A stretch of 64,000 bases of DNA from Hormiphora californensis (taxonomy: Eukaryota; Animalia; Ctenophora): the NCBI GenBank assembly GCA_020137815.1, contig CM035357.1:7502001-7566000 (forward strand). Direction: 5' to 3'. The position numbers were made by a program, and so were the translations under genes. How positions within the stretch are numbered: position 1 is the stretch's first letter; every line of letters begins with the position of its first letter. The notes beneath the pieces are model-generated. The model searched no databases, had not been told where the DNA came from, and saw only the letters and a program-made list of their open reading frames with translations. Of the stretch, positions 63,143 to 64,000 are shown piece after piece.

Positions 63143-64000
63143 TCACTACTAGATCACGTGATAAACTTACCACAACATACAAGCGTTACAAGCACTGAGT
63201 TGAGAGAAAGAAAGATAGAGAGCGGGAGAGAGATAAGGAGATAGAGAACGAGAGAGATTGCTGAGAAAATGAGTCGAGAGAAAGAAAAGATAGAGAGAGG
63301 GGAATAGAAAGGGAGAGAGAGAGAGAGAGTTGAAAAATGAGTAAGAAAGAGAAGGTCCTGCTTGATGATTGTGCACTTGTTATTTAGCTACTACTCTCAT
63401 TATTTCTCACAGTCTCATGTTGCTTCCAATTTGTTGGTGAGAAACACGTGTGTGTGGAGATTTGAACCTCGTTTGTATCTAAATTGGGTCCAGGTTTGGG
63501 TTAGGTATTCATGAGAAGGAACATTCGGGAACCTAATAGGGTCTCTGAACCGAGTAAGTTGATTTCTTGGCCTCAGATTGAACAGTTTTGGTTTTATTTA
63601 GATTAGAAAGTTTTGAATCAAACTGAACTATTTATTCAACTTGCACTTGTTTATTTCCGATCAGGGTTTTGCTTATTATTCTCAAGGTAATATATGGTGC
63701 CTTTTTTCAGAAAAGTTTGCTCGTGGTTCTGGCAAGTCTCTCTACTACACTCTCGCATCATCAACTGTCCTTGAAAAGACATCGAACAAGTGAGTGCAGT
63801 ACCACAATTGATCAGCCACACCCTCTCATGTTCTCTTCTACCCCCTTCCCAAAAGAGAGGGGACCTCGTACCGAAACAGAGCAGCATGTGATCCACACAA
63901 ATTTTGCTGATTCGTGTACGAACTTGTAGTGTATACTGGGCCTTGGGTCGTCCTTTGCTAGAACTACATCTTCTCCCATCATGTTTGGAACTCGAATTGT

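Noticed and set aside
63711-64000. Possible exons of a gene running off the window end
   Set aside because: Splice-like signals only; too little sequence to support a call

Overview
Eukaryotic, intron-rich, microsatellite-rich animal DNA. It is most likely a cydippid ctenophore (Pleurobrachia/Hormiphora-like), inferred from a 40-nt match to the ctenophore spliced leader (SL) as I recall it. Eight spliced genes could be reconstructed by hand: a p120/delta-catenin, a ZC3H4/6-type CCCH protein, a frameshifted STN1, an unknown small protein, a secreted multi-ShK acidic/basic protein, an Ig-superfamily receptor, a small WSC-like secreted protein, and a papain-family protease carrying 11 ShK domains. 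Many non-autonomous DNA elements are present (pogo/Tc1-, hAT-, piggyBac- and Kolobok-like), including a three-level nest. The three most notable observations are: (1) a retroelement-type ORF1 whose 5' end is fused in the genome to the spliced leader; (2) repeated tandem duplications that straddle exon/intron junctions and multiply splice sites, seen at seven or more loci; (3) an intact ORF1-only non-LTR element splitting a CRE-like endonuclease remnant. Part of the 28-34 kb duplication and the STN1 frameshifts may be assembly errors. All exon structures are manual predictions without RNA evidence.
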